Shown: positions 20,792 through 30,966 of the stretch, one piece after another
How positions within the stretch are numbered: position 1 is the first letter of the stretch
Layout of the letters: each line of letters begins with the position of its first letter
NCBI RefSeq assembly: GCF_947491795.1
Contig: NZ_CANLKW010000007.1
Location: 1,915 to 65,914, forward strand
Source: an uncultured Roseobacter sp.
Lineage (GTDB): Bacteria; Pseudomonadota; Alphaproteobacteria; Rhodobacterales; Rhodobacteraceae
Length of the DNA stretch: 64,000 nucleotides
Direction: 5' to 3'
Made by a program: the position numbers and the translations under genes
The notes under the pieces: generated by a model
Told to the model about the DNA's origin: nothing
The model's database searches: none
Seen by the model: the letters and a program-made list of their open reading frames with translations, nothing else

Positions 20792-21483
20792 GAGCCCACC
20801 CCCGCAGGCGGTGTGGCCTCGATGCAGACCACCTCGTCCCCGATCCGCAGCACCCATTGCCGGTTCACCCCCGAGACCCGGATGACGCCATCCTCGGTGG
20901 CCTGCGTGTTGACCGTCCGCTCACGGCCATTGGCGTAACGGAAGATCGCGGGCACCGGCGCGTTCCGCGGGAATGCGAAATACGTGAAGGTCCCGTCATC
21001 CCAGACGCGGCTCGGGGTGAACTCGGAGCGCGCACTGGCACCGTAATTGTAGTTCGGGGCTTGGGCCGCGATGGCACGTGTGGGCCGTGCATTGTCTTCG
21101 GGGTAGCGGAACTGGACCACGTAAAAAGTCGGACTGCGGGTCTCCTGGACGTTGAAGTAGTAGCTGCGGCGGTTGGTATAGACAGTCACGTTGGTATGGA
21201 CGCCACGTGCGACGGGCTTGATCGCGAAGGCCTGTCCACCGGGCACGCCGTCGATCTCAAAACCCTCCGTGTCACCTGCGATGATTGAGCGGATGCTCTC
21301 GCCTTCCCCGAACTCGACCGTGGTCACATGGGTGAGCGAGACGTTGAGGCGATAGACTTGGCTCTCCTGGTAGGTGGCCAGGCGCACCCGGTTGTCATTG
21401 GGGCCGCCGCGCGGGATGGATTCGGCTAAGGCTAAGACTGGCAGTAGGGTAAATAGGCCCGCAACAAAGAGCTTACTGATCAA
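20788..21483 (-). CDS. virB9: T4SS outer membrane core protein VirB9/TrbG
   Basis: Signal peptide, DNRVRLATY, NYNY, VWDDGTFTYF, PAIF; TTG start inferred. Confidence 0.93.
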   Translation of the reverse strand: MISKLFVAGLFTLLPVLALAESIPRGGPNDNRVRLATYQESQVYRLNVSLTHVTTVEFGEGESIRSIIAGDTEGFEIDGVPGGQAFAIKPVARGVHTNVTVYTNRRSYYFNVQETRSPTFYVVQFRYPEDNARPTRAIAAQAPNYNYGASARSEFTPSRVWDDGTFTYFAFPRNAPVPAIFRYANGRERTVNTQATEDGVIRVSGVNRQWVLRIGDEVVCIEATPPAGVGS

Positions 21484-21484
21484 A

Positions 21485-22138
21485 CTAATTCTCCAATCTG
21501 TCGGAGCGGATGGAATATTCGAGGACTGTGAAGCCGAAGGGGTTGGTCCAGACTTCATCGATGGAGCGACGGGTCTCGGGGCGGAACTCAAAGAGAAGCG
21601 TGGCGGTGAAAAGCCCGGTCTGAACGCCATTGATGGAGGTCAGGCGCTTGCGCAGGCGCACGGTGGCGCGGTTGTTGCCGATGCGATTGATGCTGAGGAT
21701 TTCCACGTCGAGCCGGGCGTTCGGCCCGTAGACTGTCGGCGGGTAGTTCTCGTTGGCGCTGTTCCAGATCTGGCGCAATCCGCTCTCGGAGGCACCGTCC
21801 GAGCGACGCAGAACACTGCGGATGCGCAGATCATTGTCGAGCTGGTTGTAGACTTCGCGGTCGGTCACATAGCGGAAGACCTCCGCCTCAATAATAGCCA
21901 AGTTGGCTGTGACAGACGTCGCGCCCACCGAGGCCTCGGGGAGTGCGAAGCCTGTTTCGGGATCATAGGGCACGACTACAGGCGGCGGATCGACATCGAA
22001 GACTGCGACAGCCGCGGCGCTCAGGCATCCGAGGATGCCAAAGATCAGGCAGATGAGCCCAAGGCGTTGCCAGAGCCGCTCGCGGCGCAGCGCCCCATAG
22101 ACCAGCTCTTCTTCGATGATTTCCTGTTCACGCGGCAC
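21485..22138 (-). CDS. virB8: T4SS protein VirB8
   Basis: Single TM, YVTDREVY, NPFGFTVLEY. Confidence 0.93.
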   Translation of the reverse strand: MPREQEIIEEELVYGALRRERLWQRLGLICLIFGILGCLSAAAVAVFDVDPPPVVVPYDPETGFALPEASVGATSVTANLAIIEAEVFRYVTDREVYNQLDNDLRIRSVLRRSDGASESGLRQIWNSANENYPPTVYGPNARLDVEILSINRIGNNRATVRLRKRLTSINGVQTGLFTATLLFEFRPETRRSIDEVWTNPFGFTVLEYSIRSDRLEN

Positions 22139-22154
22139 GCGTCACACCCCTGAA

Positions 22155-22964
22155 TCAATCTGCGCGCAGGTCAGGCAGCGTAAAGTCCATGAAGCGCTGT
22201 TCCTCTGCGATGGTGGCTGCATCGATCACGCCGCCGGTGCCGTCGCCCACGGTTTGCACGGCTTCGAGCTGCCACATGGCCACGAGCGCAATGGCGAGTT
22301 CCGCCGTCACGCGAGTATTGAGGTCGATGCTTTCCTTGAGTTCGTCCATGTCATCGATCAGTCCGACGAGCCGGTCGACGCGTTCGAGCGACTGGCCGGC
22401 ATCCTCGTAGCTGTTTTGCGCTGCTGCTGAAACGAGGGCGCCAGTCGTGGCTTGCGTGGCCACGCGATTAGCCCCGGGATTGCCGCTGGTGGCCATTTCC
22501 GAAAGCGTGTCTTCGTCAAATCCGAGATCGGCCAGGACCCGGTCCATCTGGGTTTCGATCTCGCCCGCGCCGGAGCCAGAGAGGCTTGAAAAGTCTCCAG
22601 TCTTGATGGCTTCAATGGTGGCGAGGATGTCTCCGAACTCCTGATCGAGCAGGCCATTCAACTCGTCTTCCATCTCCGTGCGGATGATCTCAGGCAGTTC
22701 GGCCAGGCGTGTGAGGGCTTCGTAGGTCCGTTGCAGCTCCGCGAGTTGGTCCGTGAGTGTCGCAAGCTGTTCGCGGAGCTGCGTCAGCTGCTCGTTTTGG
22801 AGGATCTCGTCTTCGATCATCTGCCGGAGCTGCTGGATGTTTTGCGCGATGTTCTGGGTATCGACGACGGGCACGCCTTGCGCCAGGGCAGGGGCGAAGG
22901 TGCCAAGATGCAGGCCGATCCCAAGTGTCGTGGCCAAGGCCGTTCTCATGAGTAAATGTCCCAT
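22155..22964 (-). CDS. virB5: T4SS minor pilin VirB5
   Basis: AQGVPVVD, coiled coil, LKESIDLNTRV. Confidence 0.88.
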   Translation of the reverse strand: MGHLLMRTALATTLGIGLHLGTFAPALAQGVPVVDTQNIAQNIQQLRQMIEDEILQNEQLTQLREQLATLTDQLAELQRTYEALTRLAELPEIIRTEMEDELNGLLDQEFGDILATIEAIKTGDFSSLSGSGAGEIETQMDRVLADLGFDEDTLSEMATSGNPGANRVATQATTGALVSAAAQNSYEDAGQSLERVDRLVGLIDDMDELKESIDLNTRVTAELAIALVAMWQLEAVQTVGDGTGGVIDAATIAEEQRFMDFTLPDLRAD

Positions 22965-24118
22965 TAGTCTATCTCCCTGGTCGTGAATTCCATGAACGCG
23001 CTTTCGGCCATGCGGGCGCTGGCCTGGGCCAGCTCCTCGGCGTAGAGGACGCGGGTCCGCGCCGCTTGAAGTCGAATGCGGGCAGCGACCAAGCGGACCA
23101 ACTCGGCACGGGCATAGGTGTTGAGCGCGATGCTTTCCTGCACATCTTTGGTCGTGGAAATCCGTTCGACGATATCCGCAATACGCAAGGCGGCCTGTCG
23201 GATCGCGGCGGGTGAGCTGTTGCCATAGAATGCCGCGCCATGCCCGGTGATCGAAAGGTTGGCATTGGCCAGAAGCGCGGGGTCGATCGAGCCGAGCGCT
23301 TCGATCCCGCCGATGCGGCTCAGATAGAGGTTATAGCGTTCGGGGATGGCCTGGACGTAGTGCTGGGTTTCGGCGAAGGGTGGCACCCCACCATACTCAA
23401 ATACCCGGCCCGGCCCCGCGTTATAGGCGGCAAGCGCGTTGATGATATTGCCGTCGAAGGTGTTGAGCTGGGTGGCGAGATAACGCGCGCCGCCATGCAC
23501 CTGCAGGTAGGGGCTGTCATAGTGTTCCGGGTTGATGCCGAGATCGCTCGCGGTGCCAGGCATGATCTGGGTGAGGCCAAAGGCCCCGACCGGCGAGCGG
23601 GCGCCAATCGTGAAGCGGCTTTCCTGCCAGATGAGGGCCTGCAGCAGGGCCCGCCACTGAACCGGGGAGAGGCCCGCGCGGCCCACTCCGGCAAAGCCGC
23701 TGGTCTCCTGGGCCACGCGGATGATGAGCTGCTCGATGTTTTCCGCCGCATCCCCGAACATCTGTGCGCCGCCGGGGTTGGGATCGATTTCGGCATTGCC
23801 ATAGACGGCCTCGGCGGAACGGGCCGGATCCCCGCTGCCGCTTTCCAGCCCTGAGACCATAGCCGGCAAGCCCTGACCGCCGAAGCTGGTCTGGGCATCG
23901 AGGATGCGTTGCAGGGTCTCGAGTTGCTCGCGTTCGATCTCGGCGATGAGTTCGCGCACGGCAAGCTTGTCCGCCTGGACCGCGAGGTCTGCCTCACGAT
24001 CGCCGGTCTCGACGATATCGCGCACTGTCAGCCCGCTGTCATTGGTTGGAACGCCCTGGGACAGGGCGAGACCGGGCAGCAGGCAAAGCGCAAGGATATG
24101 GGGCAGGCTAGACTTCAA
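22964..24118 (-). CDS. Lytic transglycosylase (SLT) with VirB5-like termini
   Basis: [39 protein letters not shown]. Confidence 0.9.
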   Translation of the reverse strand: MKSSLPHILALCLLPGLALSQGVPTNDSGLTVRDIVETGDREADLAVQADKLAVRELIAEIEREQLETLQRILDAQTSFGGQGLPAMVSGLESGSGDPARSAEAVYGNAEIDPNPGGAQMFGDAAENIEQLIIRVAQETSGFAGVGRAGLSPVQWRALLQALIWQESRFTIGARSPVGAFGLTQIMPGTASDLGINPEHYDSPYLQVHGGARYLATQLNTFDGNIINALAAYNAGPGRVFEYGGVPPFAETQHYVQAIPERYNLYLSRIGGIEALGSIDPALLANANLSITGHGAAFYGNSSPAAIRQAALRIADIVERISTTKDVQESIALNTYARAELVRLVAARIRLQAARTRVLYAEELAQASARMAESAFMEFTTREID

Positions 24119-24275
24119 TGTCGCGCTCCGGCGCGCCAAGGGGCGTGAAGCTGCAATCTGGAGCGACAGGGGCTGTCGAGGCGAGGAAGGTGAAGCAATT
24201 GACCTGCGGTTCCTGGTACTGTGCGCAGGAGGCCAGCGCGCCGAGCGCGGCGAGCAGCAACAAAATGTGTGTCAT
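24108..24275 (-). CDS. Small lipoprotein, VirB7-like (55 aa, not in ORF track)
   Basis: MTHILLLLAALGALASCAQYQEPQVNCF...; lipobox LASC; ATGA overlap with virB4 stop. Confidence 0.7.
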   Translation of the reverse strand: MTHILLLLAALGALASCAQYQEPQVNCFTFLASTAPVAPDCSFTPLGAPERDIEV

Positions 24276-26647
24276 GAAATCTTCCAGAAATCGGGGCGGT
24301 CACGGTAATCGGTGCCGACAAGCGCTTCGCCCTTTTCCATGCCGCCAAGGATCGTGAGATTGGGCCCAAGGGCGCTCAGATCGGCATCGAGGACGATTGA
24401 GCCTTGATCGTCGCGGATCAGCGCAAGGCGGCTGTTGCTGCCCGTGTTGAGAAGGACGTCGAGCTCCTTCTCCGTGAGGTTCAGCATGACGTAATCCGAG
24501 GCACTGGCGCGGATATTGGGGAGCAGGATCTGCGTCGGGACAGCCTCGACGATGGTCTTGCCCGTCCGTGTGCGCTCGAGCTGGCTGGCGTATTGCGTCA
24601 TCATCACCGCGACGGTGTTCTGCTTGCGTGCGGTCAACAGCCAGTTCGACAACCGCTCTGCGAAATAGGCATTGTCGAGCGCCTTCCAGGCCTCATCAAT
24701 GATGATGATCGTAGGGCGGCGGTCCTCGATCTCGCGTTCGACTCGGCGGACGAGATAGGAGAGGACGGCCATCCGTTCCTTCTCGGCCTCGCTGTCGAGA
24801 ATGGCGGTGAGATCGAAGCCCACCACATCGCCGTCTAGCGAGAAGGTGTCTTCCAGGGTCTGTCCAAAGATCCAGCCATATCGCCCGTCTTCGGTCCACT
24901 CAAACAGTCGCTGGTGCAGATCGCCGCCATCATCGGTCGACACAAAAAGCGATGCGAAATCCCGCCAGTTCCGCAAGGCCGGATTGGAGGCCTGCGCGTT
25001 CTGGCGGACGACTTCTTGGATGCGGCTAGTCTGTGCCGGCATGAGCGGCTTGTCAGCGCGATGAAGCAGAGTGGCGAGCCAGTCCGACAGCCATGCCGTG
25101 CCGCGACTATCGGTTTCCGTCCAGAGGGGATTGAGGCCTGTGGGTTGCCCCGCTTTTAGGGACGCATAGCGCCCGTCATTGGCGCGGACCGCCATCTCCA
25201 TACCAAGGCGGTAATCGAAGACGAAGATCCGCGCCCCTGCTCGTCGGGCTTGAGTCATGAGAAACGCTGACAGCACCGATTTGCCCGAGCCGGGTCGACC
25301 CATAATCAGGGTATGCCCGCTGGTCGGTTCTTTGTCGGGCGTACCTTGCTCATGATAGGAAAACCGGTAGGCACTCTGTTCGGGTGTGGGCAAATAGGTG
25401 ATGACCTTGCCCCAGGGTGTTTTCGCGGCAGGCTTCCCTAGCTGCGTCCGATGAAACGCCGCGAAATCCGCGAAGTTGCGATTGGTGATCGCACTGGCAC
25501 GGACGCGCTTGGGCTGGTTGCCGGGATGCTGGCTGAGGTAATGCGCCTTGGCCGCCACGCGCTCGCCGACCATTTTTACGCCTTCGGAGGCGGCGGCGTT
25601 GACGATCTCGGCGCTGAGGGTCTGCAATTCGTCCAGCGTGTCGCAAAAAATTGTCACGACCATATGGTGCTCTCCGAAGCTCTGGCGTTTGGCTTCGAGA
25701 TCATCGGCGGCGATGTCGAGGGCTTCCATGAGCGACAGCGCCGCATCCTGAGAAGCCTGCATCTGACGCTTTTGCCGCTTGATGCGGCCTGCCATGAGGT
25801 TCGAATTGATCGGCGTGAAGGAATGCGTGACGATCATGTCGACGGGCAGGTTCAGCATGTCGAACATGGTGCAGGAGGTGGCCTCGGAGTATTCCCCGAT
25901 GGTAAAGCTCTTGCCGTAGCGATGTCCCACGACACCTTCGGAGAGCTCGAAATGATCTCCGTGAAACGTCACGCGGGTATTGGCGACATTGAAGGACAGG
26001 AAGCCATAGGTGTTGGCCGGATAAAGCGGCAATTCCTGGCCGGTATTCAGCGCCCCTAGAAAGCCGATCAACTCGCCACTTTCGGCCGTAAGTACGCGCG
26101 GGTTCAACTCGCTCAAGCCCGACACGAATACACTTACGGCCTCGCCCAGACGACGCAGACGCCTCTCGGTTGCCTCTTTGAGGCGATCGGGGGCGCTGCG
26201 GTTCAGGAACGGCAGGACGCTTTTCGGGGGCGGGCGGTGAATGATTGTGAGGGTCAAGGTTTTGTCGCGCAACCCGCTGGTTTCGAGTTTCGCGCGCCAG
26301 AGCCGGTCGACTTCTCCGGCAAAACTGTTCTCACGCACAGGCTCGAGGTCTGGCGTGATCGCCTTGGAGACCTTGTGGACGTAGTAGCTGAACTCTGGTC
26401 CCAGTTGCGCGATGATGCGGGCAAAGAGCGCGGTTACCTTGTCGAGATAGGCATCATCCGTCGTGTAGCTGTTGACACCACCCAGCCGGATGCACTGGAA
26501 TAGCTCGTTCACCCGCGTCCGCACGGTGCGGTCATCGACTAAGCTGACGTAAGGCAGCATATGTGCAAGGCGGGTTTCGCGCGCATACCAGTTCGGCGTC
26601 ATGGTGCGGAGATCGAGCGTTTCGTCCAAGGCTGTATTAGGGCGCAT
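24272..26647 (-). CDS. virB4: T4SS ATPase VirB4
   Basis: GHTLIMGRPGSGKS, FVFDYRLG, IIIDEAW, ARKQN. Confidence 0.96.
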   Translation of the reverse strand: MRPNTALDETLDLRTMTPNWYARETRLAHMLPYVSLVDDRTVRTRVNELFQCIRLGGVNSYTTDDAYLDKVTALFARIIAQLGPEFSYYVHKVSKAITPDLEPVRENSFAGEVDRLWRAKLETSGLRDKTLTLTIIHRPPPKSVLPFLNRSAPDRLKEATERRLRRLGEAVSVFVSGLSELNPRVLTAESGELIGFLGALNTGQELPLYPANTYGFLSFNVANTRVTFHGDHFELSEGVVGHRYGKSFTIGEYSEATSCTMFDMLNLPVDMIVTHSFTPINSNLMAGRIKRQKRQMQASQDAALSLMEALDIAADDLEAKRQSFGEHHMVVTIFCDTLDELQTLSAEIVNAAASEGVKMVGERVAAKAHYLSQHPGNQPKRVRASAITNRNFADFAAFHRTQLGKPAAKTPWGKVITYLPTPEQSAYRFSYHEQGTPDKEPTSGHTLIMGRPGSGKSVLSAFLMTQARRAGARIFVFDYRLGMEMAVRANDGRYASLKAGQPTGLNPLWTETDSRGTAWLSDWLATLLHRADKPLMPAQTSRIQEVVRQNAQASNPALRNWRDFASLFVSTDDGGDLHQRLFEWTEDGRYGWIFGQTLEDTFSLDGDVVGFDLTAILDSEAEKERMAVLSYLVRRVEREIEDRRPTIIIIDEAWKALDNAYFAERLSNWLLTARKQNTVAVMMTQYASQLERTRTGKTIVEAVPTQILLPNIRASASDYVMLNLTEKELDVLLNTGSNSRLALIRDDQGSIVLDADLSALGPNLTILGGMEKGEALVGTDYRDRPDFWKIS

Positions 26648-26915
26648 AGCTGTCCCCGCCATGGATGGAGCGGTTCCGCGTGGGCGGCGTTTCCTGCAGC
26701 GCCGTCATCATCACGTCGATGAAGCGCGGATCCCAGTCGGCAGCTTTCCAAAGCACCGGGTAGAGCAGGACGGCTAAGCCCAGCACGGCGATGTGCTGGA
26801 CCCAGACGAACAAGAGCACCGAGCAAAAGAGCCAGACCATCGCATACATGATGGGCAGGCCCAGAAGCTTCGGCGGCCGCACGAGGCCGAGAAAGAGGGG
26901 CGAGCGCTCAGCCAC
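26637..26915 (-). CDS. virB3: T4SS protein VirB3
   Basis: PLFLGLVRPPKLLGLP..DPRFIDV..GGDSYAP; GTG start inferred. Confidence 0.92.
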   Translation of the reverse strand: MAERSPLFLGLVRPPKLLGLPIMYAMVWLFCSVLLFVWVQHIAVLGLAVLLYPVLWKAADWDPRFIDVMMTALQETPPTRNRSIHGGDSYAP

Positions 26916-27201
26916 CGGCAAAGACCGCGGCAACAATAGTGGGTGCGGCAGCAACACCGGCGATGCCGACAAGCACCCAGAGGGCCTGGCGCAGATCGAT
27001 GATGTTGAAGAACCAGCTCAAGAAAACACCGAGCACGGCGAGCGTGGCGATGACGACGCCAAGCGGGCCGGTCAGCGCATCGACGATACCCTGAAGCAGG
27101 CTCTGGATCGGGGAGAGATCAATGCTTTGTGCGAGGGCCGGCTCTGCGACGAGGAGGAAGAGCGCGAGCGAGGCGACGAAAAGGTGTGAAATCTGTCTCA
27201 T
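26908..27201 (-). CDS. virB2: Major pilin VirB2/TrbC
   Basis: Signal peptide ending PALAQ, two hydrophobic helices, LTGPLG. Confidence 0.92.
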   Translation of the reverse strand: MRQISHLFVASLALFLLVAEPALAQSIDLSPIQSLLQGIVDALTGPLGVVIATLAVLGVFLSWFFNIIDLRQALWVLVGIAGVAAAPTIVAAVFAGG

Positions 27202-27932
27202 GAATTTGATCCTTCCAATCGGGCCATGACGGCCATGACTCGGGCCACGTGGTTCTGGGTTTCTCGGTAGGGGGGAATGCCGCCGTATTGGCGGACTGCA
27301 TCGGGTCCGGCGTTGTAGGCTGCGAGGGCAAGACGCGGTTCGCCGAACGTCTCCAGCATTAACGCAAGGTAGCGGGCGGAGCCGTCGAGGTTCTGAAGTG
27401 GATCACGCGCGTCGACACCGAGATCGCGCACCGTCGCAGGCATCAATTGACCGAGGCCGATGGCGCCAGCGCTCGAGACCGCATCCTGACGGTAGCCGCT
27501 CTCGACTTCGATATTTGCGCGGTAGAGGCTCAGCCAGTCTCGGACAGAAAGATCTGCGCGGCGCAGTGCAGGATGACCGGCATAGCGCAGAGCCGTGGCC
27601 TCTATGGCCGCCAGAACATCGACGCGAGGGAGGGGTGCTGGACGGGCGAGTGCTGCAAAATGCAACGCGTCAGGTTCAATAGCTGGTTCAGCTTCACCGA
27701 GGATCGCCAATTCATCAGCAGCGGACCCCTGTCCGATACCGTCATTGTAGTTCCGGGCAAAGTTGTCCTGGGAGCGGGACGGGGTGAGAGAGCCATCGCT
27801 CTCCATGACCAACACCATTTGCGCAGCGGCGGGACCCGCCAGGAACCAGCAAAGGAGAAGGCTACTTGCTGCCGCCCTTGTCGGTTGCAGCCAGCTTGTG
27901 CGTTGTCCGCTGGCCCTCCTCGAGCGGGACAT
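27198..27932 (-). CDS. virB1: Lytic transglycosylase VirB1-like (start uncertain)
   Basis: [33 protein letters not shown]; directly upstream of virB2. Confidence 0.85.
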   Translation of the reverse strand: MSRSRRASGQRTSWLQPTRAAASSLLLCWFLAGPAAAQMVLVMESDGSLTPSRSQDNFARNYNDGIGQGSAADELAILGEAEPAIEPDALHFAALARPAPLPRVDVLAAIEATALRYAGHPALRRADLSVRDWLSLYRANIEVESGYRQDAVSSAGAIGLGQLMPATVRDLGVDARDPLQNLDGSARYLALMLETFGEPRLALAAYNAGPDAVRQYGGIPPYRETQNHVARVMAVMARLEGSNS

Positions 27933-28215
27933 CGGCATGGGAGAAACCAATCCCGATGAGGAAGGAGACCACGCCCGTGATTGTCTTGAACTCGCGGATC
28001 TTGATGTCGTTATAGGTCGTGCGGGTGCGGGCTGTGACGAGGAGTTTTTCCACGCCGTCGTCCGAGACGACACGCATGATCCAGACCCCGTAGTAACTTG
28101 GGCCCTTCTTGTGTGCCGACGCCTGGCACAGGATTTCAGCGCTATAGCCACTTTCCACGAGTTCGCGGAAACGTGCTTCCGTAACCACATTAGGTGCTTC
28201 GATGTCCCAGTTCAT
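27862..28215 (-). CDS. Hypothetical protein at the head of the virB operon
   Basis: Plausible codon use, C-terminal [14 protein letters not shown] (KorA/RepB-partner-like motif, weak). Confidence 0.65.
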   Translation of the reverse strand: MNWDIEAPNVVTEARFRELVESGYSAEILCQASAHKKGPSYYGVWIMRVVSDDGVEKLLVTARTRTTYNDIKIREFKTITGVVSFLIGIGFSHADVPLEEGQRTTHKLAATDKGGSK

Positions 28216-28280
28216 GGCCCGGCTCACGCTTTCTTCAAAGGCGCAACGCCCGGGCATTCCCACTTGAAGCCCAGAGTTAC

Positions 28281-28294
28281 GAAAGTATACTTTC
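28281..28294. promoter_or_regulatory. Perfect 14-bp palindrome, candidate operator
   Basis: GAAAGTATACTTTC in the divergent region upstream of the virB operon. Confidence 0.45.
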
Positions 28295-28347
28295 AACCGC
28301 AAGATATATTATTAGTTGACGCGGCGTTATGTCGTTGAACATCTGAA

Positions 28348-28680
28348 TTGGCACGCGTGATGGAAACGATCAAGAAAATATGGGATTTCTTCCATCTTGG
28401 ATTGAACCGGCGTGCCGGGCTGGCAGCAATAGTTGCAACTTTGGTGGTGATTGATCACGCCGATGCCGAGACGTGCATCGCGCCCCTGCCCCCGTTCATT
28501 CCGACCGATTCTGCGGCAGCTCAAGACTATGAAGACCTGACTCGGAGCGATTTCGATCTATACGTCAGGGATGTTCAAGCATATTTGCGCTGTCTTGATC
28601 GGGAGCGCACGCGCGCATTCCATGAAGCGCAGGCGGTCACCAACGCGTACAGGCCGTTTTTGCGTTTTGTGGAAAGATAG
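28348..28680 (+). CDS. Exported hypothetical protein (T4SS-associated)
   Basis: Hydrophobic leader then CIAPLPPF..YLRCLDRER. Confidence 0.65.
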   Translation: MARVMETIKKIWDFFHLGLNRRAGLAAIVATLVVIDHADAETCIAPLPPFIPTDSAAAQDYEDLTRSDFDLYVRDVQAYLRCLDRERTRAFHEAQAVTNAYRPFLRFVER

Positions 28681-28710
28681 TAAAGTGCGCTTCTTGTTGG
28701 CAGTGTTTTG

Positions 28711-28920
28711 CTATCGCGGCTTGAGTAACGCAGATGGATCGACGTCCAAAGCCTCGGCGATCTTCTCCAGCATGTCGACGGATACGGCATACTTGGCATT
28801 TTCAAGCTTGCCGAAGTATCCGCGGTTGATCTCGGCCGCATGCGCAAGCGCTTCCTGGCTGAGACCGCGGTCCCGCCGTAATTCCTGGATATTCAACCCT
28901 ACTCTTACACGAAGCTTCAT
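28711..28920 (-). CDS. XRE-family HTH transcriptional regulator
   Basis: LRRDRGLSQEALAHAAEINRGYFGKLEN..LEKIAEALDVDP. Confidence 0.92.
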   Translation of the reverse strand: MKLRVRVGLNIQELRRDRGLSQEALAHAAEINRGYFGKLENAKYAVSVDMLEKIAEALDVDPSALLKPR

Positions 28921-28988
28921 GCCAAAGGCAGAGCCACGATGATGGGTATTTCACCACGCGATATACTATACTTTCGTCATCTAGGCTG

Positions 28989-29489
28989 TTGTTTTTTCGC
29001 GTGTCTCAACCAGATGTTGGTGACGCGGAACCGCGTCAAATTGAGTCAAATCCTGCTCGATCTGCGGATATTGCAGGATTTGCGGTTCCCAAGGATCAGA
29101 ACGATCCAATCGTGCCGGCAGCACCGCGGCCTCCTCAAACCCAGTATGCCTTCTCCGTGTCTATCCGAGGCCCTCTCCAATCCGTATCGGATTTCAGCGC
29201 AGAGCTTCTCATAGCGGAAAGCATTTCAAAGTTTTGTGAAGTGAGTAAGAAGTTGATTGGTGAATTACGTGAAGCGAGACCCTTGGCGAAGCTGATTGCA
29301 GAGGATCGAGAGACAACAGTTGGTTGGGTTTATCTATGGAATACAGGAGAGTTGACTATTATATGGCTGCGAGAAGCCTGGGAGGTCAATTTCATAGATC
29401 CCAGTATCGATCCTCTTGTTCTTGACGAAGCCCGGTCGATTTCCGACCCAAGAGTACTCGAATTGTTGACGAGATTGCGCACGTTCTAG
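28989..29489 (+). CDS. Hypothetical protein (true start probably downstream)
   Basis: VGWVYLWNTGEL motif; start uncertain. Confidence 0.5.
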   Translation: MFFRVSQPDVGDAEPRQIESNPARSADIAGFAVPKDQNDPIVPAAPRPPQTQYAFSVSIRGPLQSVSDFSAELLIAESISKFCEVSKKLIGELREARPLAKLIAEDRETTVGWVYLWNTGELTIIWLREAWEVNFIDPSIDPLVLDEARSISDPRVLELLTRLRTF

Positions 29490-29575
29490 AACGCCATCTG
29501 CGAAACATGTTTAACTGCTCTGGTTGGATGCTCGGACAGGTCAAACGACACTTACGAACTATCGGTGCCGGGAAT

Positions 29576-30322
29576 TCAGTAATTGACCTGCTCGAAGCCA
29601 TAGTTGCCGCTGAAATCACGCCATTCAACGAAAACGGATCGATGATTGATGACCGGACAATCTTCGCCCCATCCTTCCAGCCCGATATGTGATGGCGGCA
29701 AAGCCGAGTCAGAAAAACGGTGCCAGGAAAATCCTCCCTGACTGTCATAAGTGCCCAAATCGACACGTGCGCTCTGAGTGCAATTCTGATCACTCCCGGT
29801 AATTTGCTGACGCGCAAACAACACATTGTACACGCGAATTGTGCGGACGAAATTGAACTCAGGTCCACTGATATCGATGTCTGCGCGATCTTGAATGAGC
29901 CGGGGAGACCGGTCGGCAGGAACATGGTCTCCTGAGGTTACTGGAGCGCGCCAAGCAGCCTCAATTGGGTCAGCGGCCTCGCGTGCTGCAAAAGATTGTC
30001 GCGGTCCAGTGCTGTCGTTCTGGAAGAACGCTTCAAAGATGCGGTCTGCACTGTTTAGTGCTGGAGCGGTCTCAAAGGACGCTCCCATGGGACAGCGCCA
30101 GATTTGCAGCGGCGGCTCCACCGGCCAGGGCGTAATGCGCCGGATGAATTCAGCTCGAGCTCTGGCGCAAGGGACGGAAGCTGGCCAACCGCCAGAAAGA
30201 CACAAGAGGATCGCGCAATCGATCGGGTATGTCTGCGCTCGGGCGGACATCGGCAGCGAAAGACCTGTGAGAGTTAAAGCGACCGCGACGGAGGGGAGGA
30301 GTTTCTTGAGAAAGTGACGCAT
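29576..30322 (-). CDS. Exported TrbM/KikA-like conjugation-associated protein
   Basis: Signal peptide then DCAILLCLSGGWPASVPC..WRCPM. Confidence 0.7.
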   Translation of the reverse strand: MRHFLKKLLPSVAVALTLTGLSLPMSARAQTYPIDCAILLCLSGGWPASVPCARARAEFIRRITPWPVEPPLQIWRCPMGASFETAPALNSADRIFEAFFQNDSTGPRQSFAAREAADPIEAAWRAPVTSGDHVPADRSPRLIQDRADIDISGPEFNFVRTIRVYNVLFARQQITGSDQNCTQSARVDLGTYDSQGGFSWHRFSDSALPPSHIGLEGWGEDCPVINHRSVFVEWRDFSGNYGFEQVNY

Positions 30323-30499
30323 GCCGAGTAGCCCTCAAAAATGGAGTTCAGTATACGCACAAAAATATATTATTGAAGCACTAAGTGTATTTCCCTCTAT
30401 TCCACTTATGTTATATTTGTGTTGCTATCAAACGCACAGCCACCCAAAAGACCCTTACTAGGTGGGCGACCCAGCGCTAAAAATGCAGACCTCCGAGTA

Positions 30500-30922
30500 T
30501 TAGCCACAATATGCAGAAGCCAGATTGATCAGCAACCATTTATGCAAGGGTTTCGCGAGCACGTCTTCCAGCCCGTAAGCCGCCCTGTTCTCATAGTCAT
30601 AGAGTGACTTGACGCCGGTAATGCCGATAACCGAAGGCCCCCCGTTGTCTCGCCGGGCAGCGATGGTGCGCGCGGCATTTAAACCTAACGCTTCTCCGCC
30701 GAACTCGATGTCCATGAAAACTAAACCGTAATTATGTGGCGATTTTGCCAATTGATCCATCGCATCTTCTGGATGGCTGCACGTATCGCAGTGGAACCCT
30801 TCGCTCACCATGAAGTCCTTGATCTGGAAACGTACAAAAAAATCATCGTCCACAGCGAGAACGCGCAAACGAGGCTTGTACGAGCGCGAGCTAAGGTCGG
30901 CCAATGAAGTCATCTCAAACAA
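30500..30922 (-). CDS. Single-domain response regulator
   Basis: RVLAVDDD..LVFMDI..IGITG..VLAKP. Confidence 0.88.
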   Translation of the reverse strand: MFEMTSLADLSSRSYKPRLRVLAVDDDFFVRFQIKDFMVSEGFHCDTCSHPEDAMDQLAKSPHNYGLVFMDIEFGGEALGLNAARTIAARRDNGGPSVIGITGVKSLYDYENRAAYGLEDVLAKPLHKWLLINLASAYCG

Positions 30923-30966
30923 GTGTCCAAATACACACGGGCAGGCGTAAAGTGTTTGTTAACCAA

